Of a stretch of 64,000 nucleotides of DNA, positions 8,721 through 19,327 are shown one piece after another. The notes below the pieces were generated by a model. That model was not told where the DNA came from, made no database searches, and saw nothing but the letters and a program-made list of their open reading frames with translations. Each line of letters begins with the position of its first letter. Within the stretch, counting starts at the first letter, position 1. The stretch comes from a virus (taxonomy: Duplodnaviria; Caudoviricetes), in IMG/VR virus record IMGVR_UViG_3300027861_000021, positions 2,242 to 66,241 of that record; one strand, 5' to 3'. The position numbers and the translations under genes were made by a program.

Positions 8721-10752
8721 ACAATGGTCACAGGCCGAAGCATCGAAGAATCTAAAGGTTCGTTTTAATGATGCAAAACAAATGAGAATACAACAAGAGC
8801 ATCAGTGGCGTTACAATGAAGTACTGTTGTACAACGCTCTTTCTGAAGAAACGTCTGATTACAAAGGACCAGTTACGGCTGACATCCTTCAAAGGGTCTT
8901 TACTCCAGAAAATGAAAATGAAACAGGTGTTAATTACTTGTTCAAACATCACCGTTTTTTAAATGCACAAATGAGTGCTAACCCGCCAAGTGTGCAAGCT
9001 CGTCCAACCAGTAGTGATCCTGCTGACAAGAGAAGGGCAGACACGGCAGATCGTCTTTGTAGACACGGTATCAGAGCATACCAAATGCAAGAGAAGATTG
9101 ACCTAAACAACGGACAAACTCTACTGTACGGAACAGGCTTTATTAAAACTAGCTTTGATCCTAACGCTGGTGAGATTGTAAGTTTCGATCCTGCTGCTGG
9201 AATGCTAGAGATGTCTGGTGATTTTACAATGAAGCCTCTCACAATATGGGACATCTGGCTTGATCCACATGCTAGAAACTGGGCTGATGTTGAGTACGTA
9301 TTTGAACGTGTGTGGTATTCGCTAGATGAAGCTACTATGAAATGGCCTGACAAAGAAGAATTATTTAAGAAAGCACAAAAAGACTTACAAGACGATACAT
9401 ACAAGCAAGAGCAATACGGAATTGTGCAGTTACAAGAAGTACGTATTCCCATTTTTCACTACTACGAAAAAGGTCTTCCAATCAATGGAATGCAGGGTAG
9501 GTATACATGTATGCTTGAAGATGCAACACTTCTTCAACCATGTGACACCAGCCCTCACCGTTTTTATGAGCCAAGTAATGACCCTGCTGAAATTAGAGAA
9601 CAAGTAGACGCAGAGGCAATGGGATTTGAAGTTGACCGTGGACCAGAAGTTGCAATGCTTCCATACCATATTCTTACTGACATAGATGTAACTGATTCTG
9701 TGTACGGAAAGAGTTTTATTGAGTACGGTGCTCCGGGTCAAGAAACGATTAACAGACTAGACTCTCTTACAATGGAGAACATTGCAGCACATGGTTACTG
9801 TAGAATGGTAATTGATGAAGGTGCTGATGTCTCAGAAGACTCTATTACAGATACTCCTTGGGAAATCGTTAAAGTTACTGGACAAGCTCCACACTTTATC
9901 GAGACACCAAAGTTAATGCCAGAAGTTGCTACAATGCGTGACCGTCATGCTGGTGGTGTTGATGACATGGCTGGAATCAATGATTCAATGTATGGTAAAC
10001 AAGAACGAGAGCAATCTGGATTTAGTATGCAGTATGCAACTAATCAAGGTAATATGATACGCAGACGTATATTTAACAAATATGTATTACTTGTTGAAGG
10101 TATATACCGTAGTTACCTAGCACTAATACAAAGACACTGGAAAGATGACCGTACAATCAAAGTACTTGGTAAAGAAAAAAGCTACCAACTATATGATGTA
10201 AAAGGCTCAGACATAATGGGTGGATTTGATTTAGTTGTTGAGTACGGTAGTAGTCTTAGTTTAGACCCTACCTCCAGACGAGAAGAGATTATGGCCCTGA
10301 TGCCGCTCTTTGAAAAAGCTGGTGTAGAAAACAGACAATTAATGTCAATGCTTAAGCTGAATGAACTAGAAGGACAACACGACCTATTAGGACTAGCAGC
10401 AAGTAGACAACAAGAGATATTTGAAAGAATCATTTCAACAGAAGCATATGTTAAGCCTAGAGAAATGGCAGATCATAAAAACATGCTTATTCACTGTAAC
10501 GAGTTTGTAATGACAGCAGAGTTTAGAGACCTTGATGCCAAAATTCAGATTCTAATTGAAAAGCATATTGAAGATCGTGTGAGTCTTAGCCAAGGTAAAT
10601 CACCTGACGCAGCTCCACAGGCAGCAGAACCACAACCAGCAGGTGCTCCAACGGAAATGCCAGCAGGACAGGGTGGATTAGAAACACCGGGAATGGGGGG
10701 AGGTGCTCCACTTCCAAGTAGTCCTACCCCAACACCACTACCAGAACAGTAA
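8707..10752 (+). CDS. portal protein
   Basis: Size and position after terL; LLYGTGFIK, DIWLDP, LPY and YGKS motifs of podovirus portals; Pro/Gly-rich tail. Confidence 0.88.
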   Translation: MLKIKQWSQAEASKNLKVRFNDAKQMRIQQEHQWRYNEVLLYNALSEETSDYKGPVTADILQRVFTPENENETGVNYLFKHHRFLNAQMSANPPSVQARPTSSDPADKRRADTADRLCRHGIRAYQMQEKIDLNNGQTLLYGTGFIKTSFDPNAGEIVSFDPAAGMLEMSGDFTMKPLTIWDIWLDPHARNWADVEYVFERVWYSLDEATMKWPDKEELFKKAQKDLQDDTYKQEQYGIVQLQEVRIPIFHYYEKGLPINGMQGRYTCMLEDATLLQPCDTSPHRFYEPSNDPAEIREQVDAEAMGFEVDRGPEVAMLPYHILTDIDVTDSVYGKSFIEYGAPGQETINRLDSLTMENIAAHGYCRMVIDEGADVSEDSITDTPWEIVKVTGQAPHFIETPKLMPEVATMRDRHAGGVDDMAGINDSMYGKQEREQSGFSMQYATNQGNMIRRRIFNKYVLLVEGIYRSYLALIQRHWKDDRTIKVLGKEKSYQLYDVKGSDIMGGFDLVVEYGSSLSLDPTSRREEIMALMPLFEKAGVENRQLMSMLKLNELEGQHDLLGLAASRQQEIFERIISTEAYVKPREMADHKNMLIHCNEFVMTAEFRDLDAKIQILIEKHIEDRVSLSQGKSPDAAPQAAEPQPAGAPTEMPAGQGGLETPGMGGGAPLPSSPTPTPLPEQ

Positions 10753-10825
10753 CCCCAATACAGGGGTTTACCAGCTACCTTTCGAGGCGTTGGAATTAAG
10801 TAGTAGCCATCCGAAAGGACGTTAC
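10751..10825 (+). promoter_or_regulatory. three-hairpin scaffold leader
   Basis: AACCCC/GGGGTT hairpin, then two hairpins of the same shape with UUCG and GAAA loops directly before the SD. Confidence 0.65.
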
Positions 10826-10838
10826 AAAGGAGTAAAGA

Positions 10839-11870
10839 ATGGCAGACGAAAAAGCTCAAGCAGAAACAGCATCAGTACTAGATGGGGCATATGCCGCTTT
10901 TGGAGGAGATGTTGAAGACTCAGCAGAATCATTTGAAGATTCAGAAGAAATTGAAGACTTAGATGAGGTGAGCACAGAGGACGAAGACGAGGAATCTGAA
11001 GAGAGCGTAGACTTTTCAGAGGATGAAGAAGATGATGAAGATGACCTTGAAGAAGAGTCAGACGAGCTACCTTCAGTAATCACAGTCAAGGCCGATGGAA
11101 AAAACGTGAAGATCGACTTTAATAATCGAGATCACATAACACGAGTGTACCAGAAATACGTGGCACAAGCTCGTTACCAAAAAGAAAGAGATGACTACAA
11201 ATCTCAACTTGATGGAATAAAGGCATCCGACTCAGCAGAATCAAAAGCAGTCGAAATGGTTGCCCTTCTAAATGAGAACATTGAAAATCCTAAAGAGCTA
11301 CTTAGGTTATTCACAGGCGGCACAGAAGCTGCTGAAAAAGTTCTTACAGATTGGCAGAAGGATAACGACAGCTTTGCGCTACTTTCAGAGCCAGAACAAA
11401 AGGCTTACCTCAACGCTAAGAAGCAAGAGGCAAAACAAAAGGATTTGGATAAGAGAGAAGCAGCACTCAACCGTCAGGTAGAGGATTCAGAGAGTAAGAA
11501 GTCTAACGCAGAATTAGCAGAACAACAGTCACTTGTAACTAGTGCATTTGAACAGCACAGGTTTAATCAAGAGTCTGACCCAGATGAAGCCCTTAAACTA
11601 GACAAAAGATTATGGAATGATGTTATATCTAGATTAGGTGAATACGAAAGTGTCAACAAAGAAATCATCAACAAGGAAATGAAGGATGCTGCTGACGAAT
11701 TACGTAGTCTACTTGGAAGATCAGCTAGGGTAGCCGCTAAGAAAACAAAAACAAAAAGCAAAAAACAAGCAAAGAAAGCTGTAGCAAAAGCTGTTGCAGT
11801 GGAAAAAGAAGACAAACCAACTGGTGACTTCATGGCCGATCTAATGTCCGCTATGAACCCAATGAACTAA
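10839..11870 (+). CDS. capsid scaffolding protein
   Basis: Acidic N-terminus, ITVKADGK motif, coiled coil; between portal and capsid genes. Confidence 0.82.
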   Translation: MADEKAQAETASVLDGAYAAFGGDVEDSAESFEDSEEIEDLDEVSTEDEDEESEESVDFSEDEEDDEDDLEEESDELPSVITVKADGKNVKIDFNNRDHITRVYQKYVAQARYQKERDDYKSQLDGIKASDSAESKAVEMVALLNENIENPKELLRLFTGGTEAAEKVLTDWQKDNDSFALLSEPEQKAYLNAKKQEAKQKDLDKREAALNRQVEDSESKKSNAELAEQQSLVTSAFEQHRFNQESDPDEALKLDKRLWNDVISRLGEYESVNKEIINKEMKDAADELRSLLGRSARVAAKKTKTKSKKQAKKAVAKAVAVEKEDKPTGDFMADLMSAMNPMN

Positions 11871-11888
11871 TTTTAAGGAAAACAAATT

Positions 11889-13211
11889 ATGGCAACAACA
11901 CAAATTGATGCGTCAGCAGCCCTCGGTAAATTTTTACAGAAGGTATACTCTGATGGTATTACAAATCAAATCTCTGAAGACTTCCGTGACTGGGAAATGG
12001 TAAACAAGCTAAAGGTTTCTGACCAAGCAGCCCGTTCTGTCGATTTCTTAATCAACAAGACTTATGGTGCTCCTGCTGTCGAGTGGAAGACCTCGGGTTC
12101 TGTCGCTCTTCCAAGTGGCTCTCAGTCTAGTACTGAAGAAGGTTCTGCTGGATTCAACCAACTTTACTCTACAGTTGAATTAGAGTATGATCTTTGGGAA
12201 CGTGCAAAGTCTGGCGCTAAGAAGTATCTCGAGCCTCTTGCTCACGAAATCCAAAACAAAGGTATCGTTCAAAAGCGTATCCTTTCTGCTAACTTCCACC
12301 TTGATGGAACTGGAATCATGGGAGAAGTTGTTTCTTCCGTAGCTTCCGGTACTAGTCGTGTACTTACTCTTGCAAGTACTGACACAAGCCGTGGTGGAGA
12401 GCGTTACATCGAGTTCGGTGACGAGCTAAAGGTATATACAGCAAACGCTGGTGTAGGTACAACTACTTTAACACTAGTTGTAGATGATAAAGATCGTGAT
12501 GCAAATACCATCACTGTTTCTGATAAATTGGGTGCCTCTCTTGCTCTTGTAGCGATTACAAGTACAGACATTCTTTACCGTAAGTCTGCTACTCCTTGGG
12601 ACCAAGGTTCTTACACTAACGGTACTGATGAGTACAACTCTATTTCAGAAGCAATGCCGGGATTAGAAACTCTTACTGCGGTTGATGGTCGTAAGATTCA
12701 CAACTTAACACTTGACGGTGTTTACAAAGGTGAGCACTATAACGCTGGCGCAGCTCCAGTAGATATCTCTCACATCCAGAAGTCTATGGATCGAATTAAG
12801 ACTCGTAACGGTTCTTCTTTTAAGTACCAACAAGTTCTTTGTGCTCCTGAAACTCTTAGTGCTTTCATTGAAAGTAACGAAGCTGATCGTAGATTAGTTG
12901 CTAACACTGACAAGGAACGTGGATTCAAAGGATTCTGCTTTGTTCATGGTAGCGATCAACTTGAGCTTGCGAGTTCTGAATTTGCTGGTGATAAGCGTAT
13001 GTGGGTTATCCCTAACGGTGCTGCTGGTCAAGACTGTCTTGAACTTCACGGTAAAGACTTCAAAGAAATCAATGTCGGTGGCAGTGAGTTTTTAAAGCAG
13101 AACGGTAGTGGAAGCTATGAGTCAACTGTTCAGAAATTTATGATGGGTTACATGACAATGATCTGTAAACGTCCGGGCGCAATCTTGAAGATTCATAACT
13201 TCGAGAACTAG
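11889..13211 (+). CDS. major capsid protein
   Basis: 440 aa after the scaffold; DGTG motif; strongly biased codon usage. Confidence 0.88.
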   Translation: MATTQIDASAALGKFLQKVYSDGITNQISEDFRDWEMVNKLKVSDQAARSVDFLINKTYGAPAVEWKTSGSVALPSGSQSSTEEGSAGFNQLYSTVELEYDLWERAKSGAKKYLEPLAHEIQNKGIVQKRILSANFHLDGTGIMGEVVSSVASGTSRVLTLASTDTSRGGERYIEFGDELKVYTANAGVGTTTLTLVVDDKDRDANTITVSDKLGASLALVAITSTDILYRKSATPWDQGSYTNGTDEYNSISEAMPGLETLTAVDGRKIHNLTLDGVYKGEHYNAGAAPVDISHIQKSMDRIKTRNGSSFKYQQVLCAPETLSAFIESNEADRRLVANTDKERGFKGFCFVHGSDQLELASSEFAGDKRMWVIPNGAAGQDCLELHGKDFKEINVGGSEFLKQNGSGSYESTVQKFMMGYMTMICKRPGAILKIHNFEN

Positions 13212-13221
13212 AATACAAATT

Positions 13222-13272
13222 AGGGGAATGGGGTACTGGGAATAATTTCAGTATATCCCTCCTCTTTCTCTT
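13222..13272 (+). terminator. hairpin after the capsid gene
   Basis: Imperfect stem around TACTGGGA/TTTCAGTA followed by a pyrimidine run. Confidence 0.4.
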
Positions 13273-13288
13273 GAAAGGAGAACACAAC

Positions 13289-13684
13289 ATGGCAACACGT
13301 ATAGCAAGACCACCTTTTAGAAGGAAAACTGGTTTACGCATAAGTAAAGGCGAAGCAGCCTTAGAACACGCATTTAAAGAAAGAGACATAGAAGACGTTG
13401 GTGATGTCGCCACTCTAGAATTAAGTAGAGTTCCTGATATTATCGTTGTTCCTACTCTATCTCAACCTGTTGTTATTGATATCGTCGTACCTGCTGGTGA
13501 TCCAATCGCAACAGATCGAGTTGTTATGGTATCCAATACTTCGGCTAGTACTGTACAAATCAAAGTAAAGGGAGGTATGGGTGCAACTGCTTTAGCGGCA
13601 GGATTAACTGGTCAATACCTTATACGAGATTCTAGTGCAACCACTGTTCCAACGAAGTTATTCGTAGAAGAAACAGAAGCCTAA
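13289..13684 (+). CDS. probable head decoration/minor capsid protein
   Basis: Follows the capsid gene; AAAGGAG RBS; beta-rich. Confidence 0.55.
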   Translation: MATRIARPPFRRKTGLRISKGEAALEHAFKERDIEDVGDVATLELSRVPDIIVVPTLSQPVVIDIVVPAGDPIATDRVVMVSNTSASTVQIKVKGGMGATALAAGLTGQYLIRDSSATTVPTKLFVEETEA

Positions 13685-13691
13685 TACGCAG

Positions 13692-13709
13692 GGGGGTCTT
13701 CGGACCCCC
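13692..13709 (+). terminator. CUUCGG hairpin (terminator or transcript-stabilising)
   Basis: GGGGGTC-TTCG-GACCCCC; no clear U tract. Confidence 0.55.
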
Positions 13710-13746
13710 ACCTCACTTAAAAACAATATTCTAAGGAATTAAATAT

Positions 13747-15750
13747 ATGAAAGTACTCGGCAAAATATCAGAAACGGTAAGGGTAATCTTTAGAGGACTT
13801 ACTCGGATTGTTACAATTGATCCAGATGTCACCTATACTCCTTCTGGTAATGTGACCGTTGCTGCCAGTACTGCTGTAGCTGGTGATGGTTCTACACTCT
13901 TTGACACTGAACTGGCCTCCGGTCAATCAATAACAATAGGAGGTGAAACAAGAGTCATAGACGTAATTACCGACCTAGATACAATGACTGTGACTGTTGC
14001 ATTTACTGTTTCTACTGGACCAGTCTCCTTCACAGCAACACCTCACACAGACAAAGTTTTAACAGTTAAAAGTAATGGTAACGCAACAGACGAAATTACA
14101 ACAAACACAGAAACACAAACCCTAACAAATAAAACAATTAACTCTCCCCGAATAAATGAAGCTGTAGACCTACTATCAACCAGTACAGAACTAAACCAAC
14201 TTGATGGAATCATTGTTGGAGGTACTGGTGCGACAGATATTGTTACTCTCTCTTCTGGACAGATTCTTACAAATAAAACTCTAGGTGACACAAACACAAT
14301 TAATGCTCAGGATGATGCGTTTACAATTGATGATGCAGCAGACCCAACACTTCAAATTGACTTTGATGCTGCTGGTACTACTGGTACAAAGACAACAATT
14401 ACAAGTTCTCAAACAACAAACAAAACGGTGACTCTTCCAGATGCAACCGACACTCTTGTTGGTAAAGCAACACTCGACGAACTCTCAAACAAAACACTAG
14501 TTTCTCCAAAAATATCAGATGCAGGTACTTATGATCTTGTAGTAACTAGCTCAGATGGTGCTCTTAACACAGCAGACCGTACTCTTAGCCTCGACGTAAA
14601 TGATGCAAACAGAACAATTAACCTAGCACAAGACCTTATACTACAGGGTGGGGTAGCTGTTGATATTAATCTGGTTAGTCCTGAAGAGGGAGATGCCCTC
14701 CTTTATGATTCAGCTTCTGGCGAGTTTCAGAACAAACCAAGTGGTGACGTTTCGTTTCAAATTCAGTCAATGCAGACAGACGGTTCTTGTCTCATCAAAG
14801 GTGGTACAATCCTTGTTGATTCAGGAATGGAGATTGTTACTTATGATGGTGCAGGTGCACTTAGTACAGACATTGAAGTTGATATTACAATTGATCTAGA
14901 TACAGTCGGCGGATTCGGAGATTCTGATACACCTTCAGGTACAGCAATTTCGTACATATATATTGATATGGATTCTCTTGGACTTGATCTACTTATTACA
15001 GACAATGGAAGAACGGTTCGTACAGTAACTGAGTCAAACTTTGTGGTTAAAACCTCACAACCGAGTAACATAGACTTTAACAGATTTATTCCTGTTGGGT
15101 ATGCACAGTATGACACATCTCAGTGGGCAGTTGGTCTTACTGATTTTGGTACAACTGGTCGAAGAAGACACGATACAACAAATGTAGTTACAGCAGCTAG
15201 TTCATATCAAGTAAGCGATACTGCAACAAACATTGATGCCGCTGCTCCTTTTGCACACGGTATAGATGGTGTTCCAACTAATGCAATACTTCTAGTTGAA
15301 GATACTGGCGAGTGGGAAATTCATGATGTTGGCGCATATTTCAATGTAACTAGTACACAAGTAATATCTACAGGTACAACACTTGCAAGTATTATTGGTG
15401 GAAGTACAAATGTAAAATTAGCCTTTGCAAATGGAGGCGTGGCAGCAGGTGCTCAGAGTTACGTAACTGTTGAAGGTGCTTCATATCCTTATACTGCTGG
15501 TGCTCAAGAAGAAGTAATGGTAGATTCTAGTGCAGGTGCATACACGGTAACACTTCCTGCAAACCCTCTCCCCTCTCAAAGAGTGCGGGTGGTGGATGTA
15601 GGTGACAACGCTGCTGTTAATAACATTACAGTAGGTAGAAACGCAAACCCTATTGAAGCAGTTGCCGCAGATTTTACAATTGACATATCAGGAGTACACG
15701 CAACTTTCGTGTATTCAGATGTAACAAATGGCTGGGAGGTCTTAATATAA
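13747..15750 (+). CDS. tail fibre protein
   Basis: Repeated TLTNKT motifs; GDALLYDS..F.N motif; C-terminal VDSSAG..TVTLP..GW domain. Confidence 0.8.
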   Translation: MKVLGKISETVRVIFRGLTRIVTIDPDVTYTPSGNVTVAASTAVAGDGSTLFDTELASGQSITIGGETRVIDVITDLDTMTVTVAFTVSTGPVSFTATPHTDKVLTVKSNGNATDEITTNTETQTLTNKTINSPRINEAVDLLSTSTELNQLDGIIVGGTGATDIVTLSSGQILTNKTLGDTNTINAQDDAFTIDDAADPTLQIDFDAAGTTGTKTTITSSQTTNKTVTLPDATDTLVGKATLDELSNKTLVSPKISDAGTYDLVVTSSDGALNTADRTLSLDVNDANRTINLAQDLILQGGVAVDINLVSPEEGDALLYDSASGEFQNKPSGDVSFQIQSMQTDGSCLIKGGTILVDSGMEIVTYDGAGALSTDIEVDITIDLDTVGGFGDSDTPSGTAISYIYIDMDSLGLDLLITDNGRTVRTVTESNFVVKTSQPSNIDFNRFIPVGYAQYDTSQWAVGLTDFGTTGRRRHDTTNVVTAASSYQVSDTATNIDAAAPFAHGIDGVPTNAILLVEDTGEWEIHDVGAYFNVTSTQVISTGTTLASIIGGSTNVKLAFANGGVAAGAQSYVTVEGASYPYTAGAQEEVMVDSSAGAYTVTLPANPLPSQRVRVVDVGDNAAVNNITVGRNANPIEAVAADFTIDISGVHATFVYSDVTNGWEVLI

Positions 15751-17657
15751 TGGCTAATTATTCAGATAAAGCAAATGCAATTGCACTACAACTGTCTGGT
15801 GGTGGAAGTGGAAGTGGCGAAACTAATTACGTAACAAACGGTAGTGGTGCTGTTGCACTGGACAGAACAGGAACAAACGACGAGGGTGACTGGATTGACA
15901 GTAACGCATCTAACTTCACAGCTTCTGTTACTACAACTAGTGCCGAACTTCCACGGGAGTTTCTAACTACAACAGCAATTAAATTTAAACCAGTTACAAC
16001 TACTGCTGCTGATTACGTGCGGTACAGATTTCAAATTGGTGAAGCAGATAAAAACCGTAAACTTAAGATTCAGTGGGCACAACTGGTTGGAAGTACTGTT
16101 GTAAACGACGAGTTTAAAGTAGAACTCTGGTCAGGTACAGATGCAACTTATGCGACAACTACTGAGGTTCCTCTGAGTGGGGATGATACTTCGGGCGATT
16201 CTTTCATTAAAGCAACTAACGGTGGATATATTAATACGTTCAGTGCTGGGAGCGACGACTACTACGAACTTAGGATTGTAAAGGTAGGAGTACTGGGTGT
16301 TGTAAGTACTGACTGGATTAGTCTTAACGATGTTGTGATTGGACCGGGAAGCATTACAGCTAACCTTGATCCAAGGTGGCCAAGGTATACCGATGCCGAC
16401 TTCTCAATAACAAGCAACGCCACTAGCTTTAGTATTCACCACGCAGAGGCGATGCCATACCAGCTCACAGACGGCTCTTGGCGCATGACCTTCAACTTTG
16501 CAACAACAAACGACAGTACCGCCGACCAGAGTATTACGTGGACAGGCGTTACTTTTGAAGCAACAACTAACTTCATCCAATCGCTTTCAATGCTTGCTGG
16601 CGGCGCAGCTCAAAACACTAAGGCGTTTGCAAATCCCAACACCTCCACTATTACAACCGACACAGACACAGCCAACACAGCAATCCGAGTGTCGGGCGAT
16701 GTAGCCCTAGAATCCAAACCCACATGGGCAACCAAATCCGCACCTGATACTTATTTAGGCAAGGTGCCTAGTGTTGTTACTGGTTGGACCAGTTCTACCG
16801 ACTTCACAGCGTCTACAGGATATGGTGCTAGTGCCGAAGAGTATTACTACAAACGCTCAGGCGACGAGATGCACGTAAAGTGCCGAATAACAGTAGGAAC
16901 CACCACAACAGAGAAAGCTTATGTCACCCTGCCAACCGGGTACACTCTCGACTTCACAAAGCTATCGGCAGGACTTCAATCAACCCACGTAGGAGAATGG
17001 ACGAGCCTATCTACTGGGGCAAGTGTAGAGCCATATCCTTCGGGCACTAGGGCTGGGCGAGCCTTTGTTGATGACGCTGCCCCTAGTCGCATTTATCTGG
17101 CGAGATATGTGGACCAAAACAGGTTCGAGACTGGTGCTGTAAGTTCTATTTTTGGACCCGCTTCGGGCAGCATACTTGTGCTAAACTTCTCGGTTCCAAT
17201 AGCTGAATGGGCTGGCGGCTCACAAGACACCGCAACGGTCGGCTTCGGAGAAGCTACTGAGGATCAACTAGGACTTAATAAGAAAAATAAGTGGGCGAAA
17301 AATGATTGGTCTACGTCTGCTTCAGACCTTAATTTTAACAACCTTACTATCGGAAAAACCTATAGAGCAACGGTTTACGCTATCCTACAACTCTCAGCAG
17401 ATAGTACAGCGGAGTATGCACAAATAAAAATGAATCACGATAGTTCCGAGATAACTAAAATTCAGCTTCAGCTCGATCAAGTGAATAGCTCTAATGATAG
17501 CAAGAACATAACGGCGCAAGCCGATGTGATTTTTGAGGCTTCAGCAACAACTGTAACGTTTGTTAGTGGTACTGGAGGCAGTGGCGGTATTTCTGGAGCT
17601 TACTCTATGATTGAGGAACTTAACAACTATGAGTCAGAAACAACAGACTTTACTTAG
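15750..17657 (+). CDS. tail fibre/receptor-binding protein
   Basis: GGGSGSG linker, carbohydrate-binding-like beta domain, YYYKRSGD..VTLP.G fibre domain. Confidence 0.72.
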   Translation: MANYSDKANAIALQLSGGGSGSGETNYVTNGSGAVALDRTGTNDEGDWIDSNASNFTASVTTTSAELPREFLTTTAIKFKPVTTTAADYVRYRFQIGEADKNRKLKIQWAQLVGSTVVNDEFKVELWSGTDATYATTTEVPLSGDDTSGDSFIKATNGGYINTFSAGSDDYYELRIVKVGVLGVVSTDWISLNDVVIGPGSITANLDPRWPRYTDADFSITSNATSFSIHHAEAMPYQLTDGSWRMTFNFATTNDSTADQSITWTGVTFEATTNFIQSLSMLAGGAAQNTKAFANPNTSTITTDTDTANTAIRVSGDVALESKPTWATKSAPDTYLGKVPSVVTGWTSSTDFTASTGYGASAEEYYYKRSGDEMHVKCRITVGTTTTEKAYVTLPTGYTLDFTKLSAGLQSTHVGEWTSLSTGASVEPYPSGTRAGRAFVDDAAPSRIYLARYVDQNRFETGAVSSIFGPASGSILVLNFSVPIAEWAGGSQDTATVGFGEATEDQLGLNKKNKWAKNDWSTSASDLNFNNLTIGKTYRATVYAILQLSADSTAEYAQIKMNHDSSEITKIQLQLDQVNSSNDSKNITAQADVIFEASATTVTFVSGTGGSGGISGAYSMIEELNNYESETTDFT

Positions 17658-17665
17658 GAGCACCC

Positions 17666-18310
17666 TTGAAAATACACAAAGGTGATTACCTAACATTCGC
17701 AAGCATCGGAAACGTAGCTGGCTGGAAATCCTGTGAACTCAGGCCCGGAATATACCGGAGACATCCTGACTTGGACCCTTCAGAATCTAGGAGTGACATC
17801 TCACGGGATGGTTACTTAGGTGTACTTTGGAGGTCACTGGTAGATGGAGACACTGCCCGAATTGACCGGATTCTAGGAGCAATCTTCAAAACTGGAGGTA
17901 CGGTTGGTGAGAGAGGTAACTTTGACTACATTAACATTTTACCCTTGCTACCATTGTTTTTAGCAGCAAGATTTAAACTAATGCCCTTTCTCCCTCTAGT
18001 GATTCCTGAGCAATTTACAACAGGATTTAGAGCCCACCTAGTTGCTCTCACAATTATGATTGAGCTAGAAGCTGGTTGCAGCGGGTGGACTAGCCGGAGA
18101 GCAATTCGCAAACTTGTGTCGGCAAACCCAGAGAACCCTCTGTTTTTGAGCATCCTCTGTAGAATGCTGGGAACGTCACAAACTACTACACTAGATTTAC
18201 TCGCCCAGACACCACCAGAAACCAGTCCTCACGGATGGGGAAGTTGTCCGTTTGAGATATTTAAAACACTTACGCAACACAATATAGGAAATACAAACCA
18301 TGGCAGATAA
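17666..18310 (+). CDS. hypothetical protein in the fibre cluster
   Basis: AGGAG RBS with TTG start; RHP and ISRDG motifs; helical and hydrophobic. Confidence 0.6.
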   Translation: MKIHKGDYLTFASIGNVAGWKSCELRPGIYRRHPDLDPSESRSDISRDGYLGVLWRSLVDGDTARIDRILGAIFKTGGTVGERGNFDYINILPLLPLFLAARFKLMPFLPLVIPEQFTTGFRAHLVALTIMIELEAGCSGWTSRRAIRKLVSANPENPLFLSILCRMLGTSQTTTLDLLAQTPPETSPHGWGSCPFEIFKTLTQHNIGNTNHGR

Positions 18311-18968
18311 ACTAATTAGGGCAAACGGAAACATTGTAATTAATGATGACAGAAGCTCCAGTACAAGTAATGATCGCTGGGACATTGGTGATGTTCGTGC
18401 ATCCTTACTTACCCGCACTCAATTCCAAGCACGCAACGGAACTGATTGGGAACTGCTGGACGGAACAGACGTTTCTGGGAGTGCTCTTGATACCTTGGTT
18501 ACTCTGGGTTCGGGTTCGGGACTACTTCCAAACGCAACAGGTAAATTCATGCGTATGGATGATGGTGGACAGGATGCTCAGACACTTTCTGCCACTCTTT
18601 CTGGATCAACTCAGGGTGATGCGATGTTCTCACACACTCACTCAGGCCCAAGCCACACTCACTCAGGTCCAAGCCACAGTCACAGTGGTACTAGTTTATA
18701 TGCTAAAATAAATGTCGTGGACGGAAAGATTTATCAAGACACTAACGGCACCAACTTTACTGCTGATAAGCGTAGTGCTGACACAGGCTCAAACGCCACC
18801 GGCTCTTTTAACATGACAGATTCCACAAATATTGGTGGAAATACTGGTTCTGGTGGTACGGGTAGCACAGGATCAGGCGGTACAGGTAGCACAGGCGCAA
18901 CTTCTACAGGTTCGGGAGAAACAAGACCTGTAAACATTACAGTGAATTACTTCGTAAAGATTAACTAA
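18300..18968 (+). CDS. tail collar/short fibre protein
   Basis: IGDV..W.LLDG..LPN..G.F.R collar domain, HxH repeats, C-terminal ETRP.N.TVNYFVKIN. Confidence 0.85.
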   Translation: MADKLIRANGNIVINDDRSSSTSNDRWDIGDVRASLLTRTQFQARNGTDWELLDGTDVSGSALDTLVTLGSGSGLLPNATGKFMRMDDGGQDAQTLSATLSGSTQGDAMFSHTHSGPSHTHSGPSHSHSGTSLYAKINVVDGKIYQDTNGTNFTADKRSADTGSNATGSFNMTDSTNIGGNTGSGGTGSTGSGGTGSTGATSTGSGETRPVNITVNYFVKIN

Positions 18969-19001
18969 CAGACCGTTATTACTAGGTATTTGAGAAAGTA
19001 C

Positions 19002-19030
19002 TTGACAAATGACGTAGAACATGCTATAAT
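19002..19030 (+). promoter_or_regulatory. sigma70 promoter P3
   Basis: TTGACA-17 bp-TATAAT, extended -10. Confidence 0.85.
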
Positions 19031-19067
19031 ATAACTAACCCCTCATTCCGAGGGTAAGGAGAACAAA

Positions 19068-19319
19068 ATGGGACCAGATTTAAAAGGTATGGAAATGCCA
19101 CCAGCACCAGCAGGAGCTGAAGGAGCAGAAGAGGAATTTGATTTCGGTGAAGAGTTTGAATCCGAAGGTGAAGAAGAAATGGGCGAGAGTCCAGACTTAG
19201 CAGAAGTTTCAGATGAAGACCTCATCAAAGAAATGGAAGCACGTGGATTTCTCGTAGAGGATGAGGTTGAGGAGACGGGTGAAGTCGTCGATGAAGAGGC
19301 TGAAGAACCAATTCTGTAA
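19068..19319 (+). CDS. very acidic small protein
   Basis: AAGGGAG RBS; Glu-rich with an SDEDLIKEMEARG helix. Confidence 0.7.
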   Translation: MGPDLKGMEMPPAPAGAEGAEEEFDFGEEFESEGEEEMGESPDLAEVSDEDLIKEMEARGFLVEDEVEETGEVVDEEAEEPIL

Positions 19320-19327
19320 AGGTTACT

